From assembly GCA_039621445.1 (NCBI GenBank), contig CP154954.1, forward strand, positions 5,681,919 to 5,745,918: a DNA stretch of 64,000 nt. The letters are read 5' to 3'. Shown here piece by piece: positions 62,201 to 64,000 of the stretch (its first letter is position 1; every line of letters begins with the position of its first letter). Under the pieces are notes generated by a model, which saw only the letters and a list, made by a program, of their open reading frames with translations, ran no database searches and was not told where the DNA came from. The position numbers and the translations under genes were made by a program. This DNA comes from Euglena gracilis. Its lineage: Eukaryota.

Positions 62201-62869
62201 CCCCTATTTTTAGGTGTGGGGGTTCCTAATTTAAAGATTTCCCCCCAAAATTCGTTTTCAATGATTCCTAATTTGTCCACCGAAAATGTGGTGTTCCCCC
62301 GTGACCCGAACCACCCCCAGAACTTTTTCCTCGAAAAAAGGGCCATTTCACAAGGAAAAAGGCCAATTTTTGCTTTTTCAAAAAAAACATGTTTTTTGGT
62401 GTTTTTTTTTAAAAAACATGTTTTTTTTGCTTTATTTAAAAAAACAAAAAAAAACGACAACCCTGGGGGGGACACCCCCCTAAACAGTGGGGCAGTCCAG
62501 TGACCGATTTTCGCCCCAGTGCGAAAGAAAAAATTTGACCCTCCTCCCCCCCAGTCTTAAAAAAACCCCAAAGCCCCTGGCCCACAACTTTACAGCCTCT
62601 CAGCTGTGCCTGGGGGGGGGGCTTGTCAAGCAACACCCTGGTTGGATCGTGAGGGCACCCCCCATTGAGGGGTTTTTACGTTATTTCAATTTTTTTTGAC
62701 CTAATACCCAAAAATTGCCGGGGGCCTGGGATGGTGCCGGACCTCCCTTCCCCTGGCACAAAGTGCTAAAAAAATTTTGAAAAATACTTTCAGGTTGCCC
62801 AAGTTTGGGAGGCAGGCTTCTTTTTAAGACCCCCGGGGGGGGGCCACCCACCCAGGGTGGCGCGGGACC

Positions 62870-64000
62870 TTTTTTGCCTCCCCATTTTGTTAAATAACTT
62901 ACAGCCACCTGGCTGTCCACGTGGAGCACAATTGTTTGTTTTGGTTTGGCTAGTGCCTGTACTGTTTCCACTGCAGCCTGCAACTCTTTTTGATTGATAT
63001 GAAGGACATGCAGGTCCCTCCAAAAATCCTGCACCTTTTGGCCTGAAGCTTTGTCCAGCCCCCCCCACTGCCAGGTGCTGCTGTCTGAAAAGAGCTCCTG
63101 AGAGGCCTGGGACTGAAATGCCCTGCCCACACCTGGCTGTAAAAAGGCTTTTAACTCCACAATTTGATCCTTGACCCCCTGGGGAATGGTCAGGGTGTGG
63201 TGCCAACCCCACTTTGTGTGCAAATCCACCATTTTGCAAAGTTGATCTGTCAGAATTCTGAGAAATGGCATTGAAACTAAATAGCTTCTGACTTGTCCCA
63301 CAATAGAACTGAGTTTTCTGCAGCTCATTTTCTGTGCTGTGAGCACTTTGCCTAGCTCCTCTCTTAAGGATTTTAGTTTTTCCTGAGGAATTTCCAATTG
63401 GCCTTTTTTCAAATTGATCCATTGGCCCAAATGTTTTATTTCCTGTGTGGGTTCCAGACAGGATTTGGGGAGGTTTAATCTGAAACCTGCCAGTAAAAGG
63501 TCTGTTTTTACTTCTGCCAAATGTTGGGCTGCTGTCTTTTTGCTGGGGGCTAACAGCAAAATGTCGTCCAGGTAGATGAAAACTACCTTGCCTTCCTTTC
63601 TCCATTTTCTTTCCCAGAAGCTCATAAGAGTCATAAATTTTTGTGGCAGGCTGCTTATACCAAAGCATGCAGCTTGAAATTGCCACGTTTCCCCCCCCAC
63701 CTGCATGCACACATGTTTTTCCAGACTGCTGTGCAGTTTTAAGTGGAAATATGCATCTTTCAGGTCTATTTTTCCACAGAACCAACCTTTTCTTAGATAT
63801 GGGAAGATGTTTCCCATGTGTTCCAATCTGAATTTCTGGGGGGTGAAATGGAGATTTAACTGTCGACAATCTGAAATCAGTCTTTCCTTGGTCTTTTCCC
63901 CTTCCTTTTTGGAAATGATAAAATAAGGGACAAAATGTTTTGCCTCCTGTGGGGTGATTTGCCTGGTTGCCCCTGCACATTCGTATTCTCTCAGAATTTT
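62870..64000 (-). mobile_element. Further DIRS1-like copy (D3), RT-RNase H portion, running off the window end
   Basis: Nearly identical to 57650-58780; ORF 62681-63826 with KIDLKDAYFH, YLDD, FSDSS. Confidence 0.92.

Noticed and set aside
61015-62870. Host gene fragments (61463-61753) and homopolymer-rich ORFs
   Set aside because: No recognisable motif, an internal stop, and the surrounding sequence looks low quality.

Overview
This window is eukaryotic repeat-rich DNA made almost entirely of nested retrotransposons; I found no recognisable host gene, rRNA, tRNA or CRISPR array. Frequent homopolymer frameshifts may be partly assembly error. It holds three groups of elements. (i) Three Ty3/Gypsy chromovirus-like LTR families: A (three decayed copies), B (5' half only) and C (near-complete, 44272-56960). 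(ii) DIRS1-type tyrosine-recombinase retrotransposons with ITR/ICR ends, one nested in another, with element C inside the inner one. (iii) Two families of small non-autonomous LTR (TRIM-like) elements. The main theme is DNA-methyltransferase cargo. Element C encodes a Dam-like amino-MTase (NPPY) and a C5-cytosine MTase in tandem between gag and protease, plus an integrase chromodomain. Family A carries a Dam-like domain with an altered motif between PR and RT. A 1.9-kb TRIM (36745-38643) carries only an uninterrupted NPPW MTase frame. Both TRIM families show a Tf1-like self-priming PBS. Swapped 4-bp TSDs indicate a 5.5-kb inversion between two inverted TRIM copies. All calls come from motif reading by eye; no searches were run.
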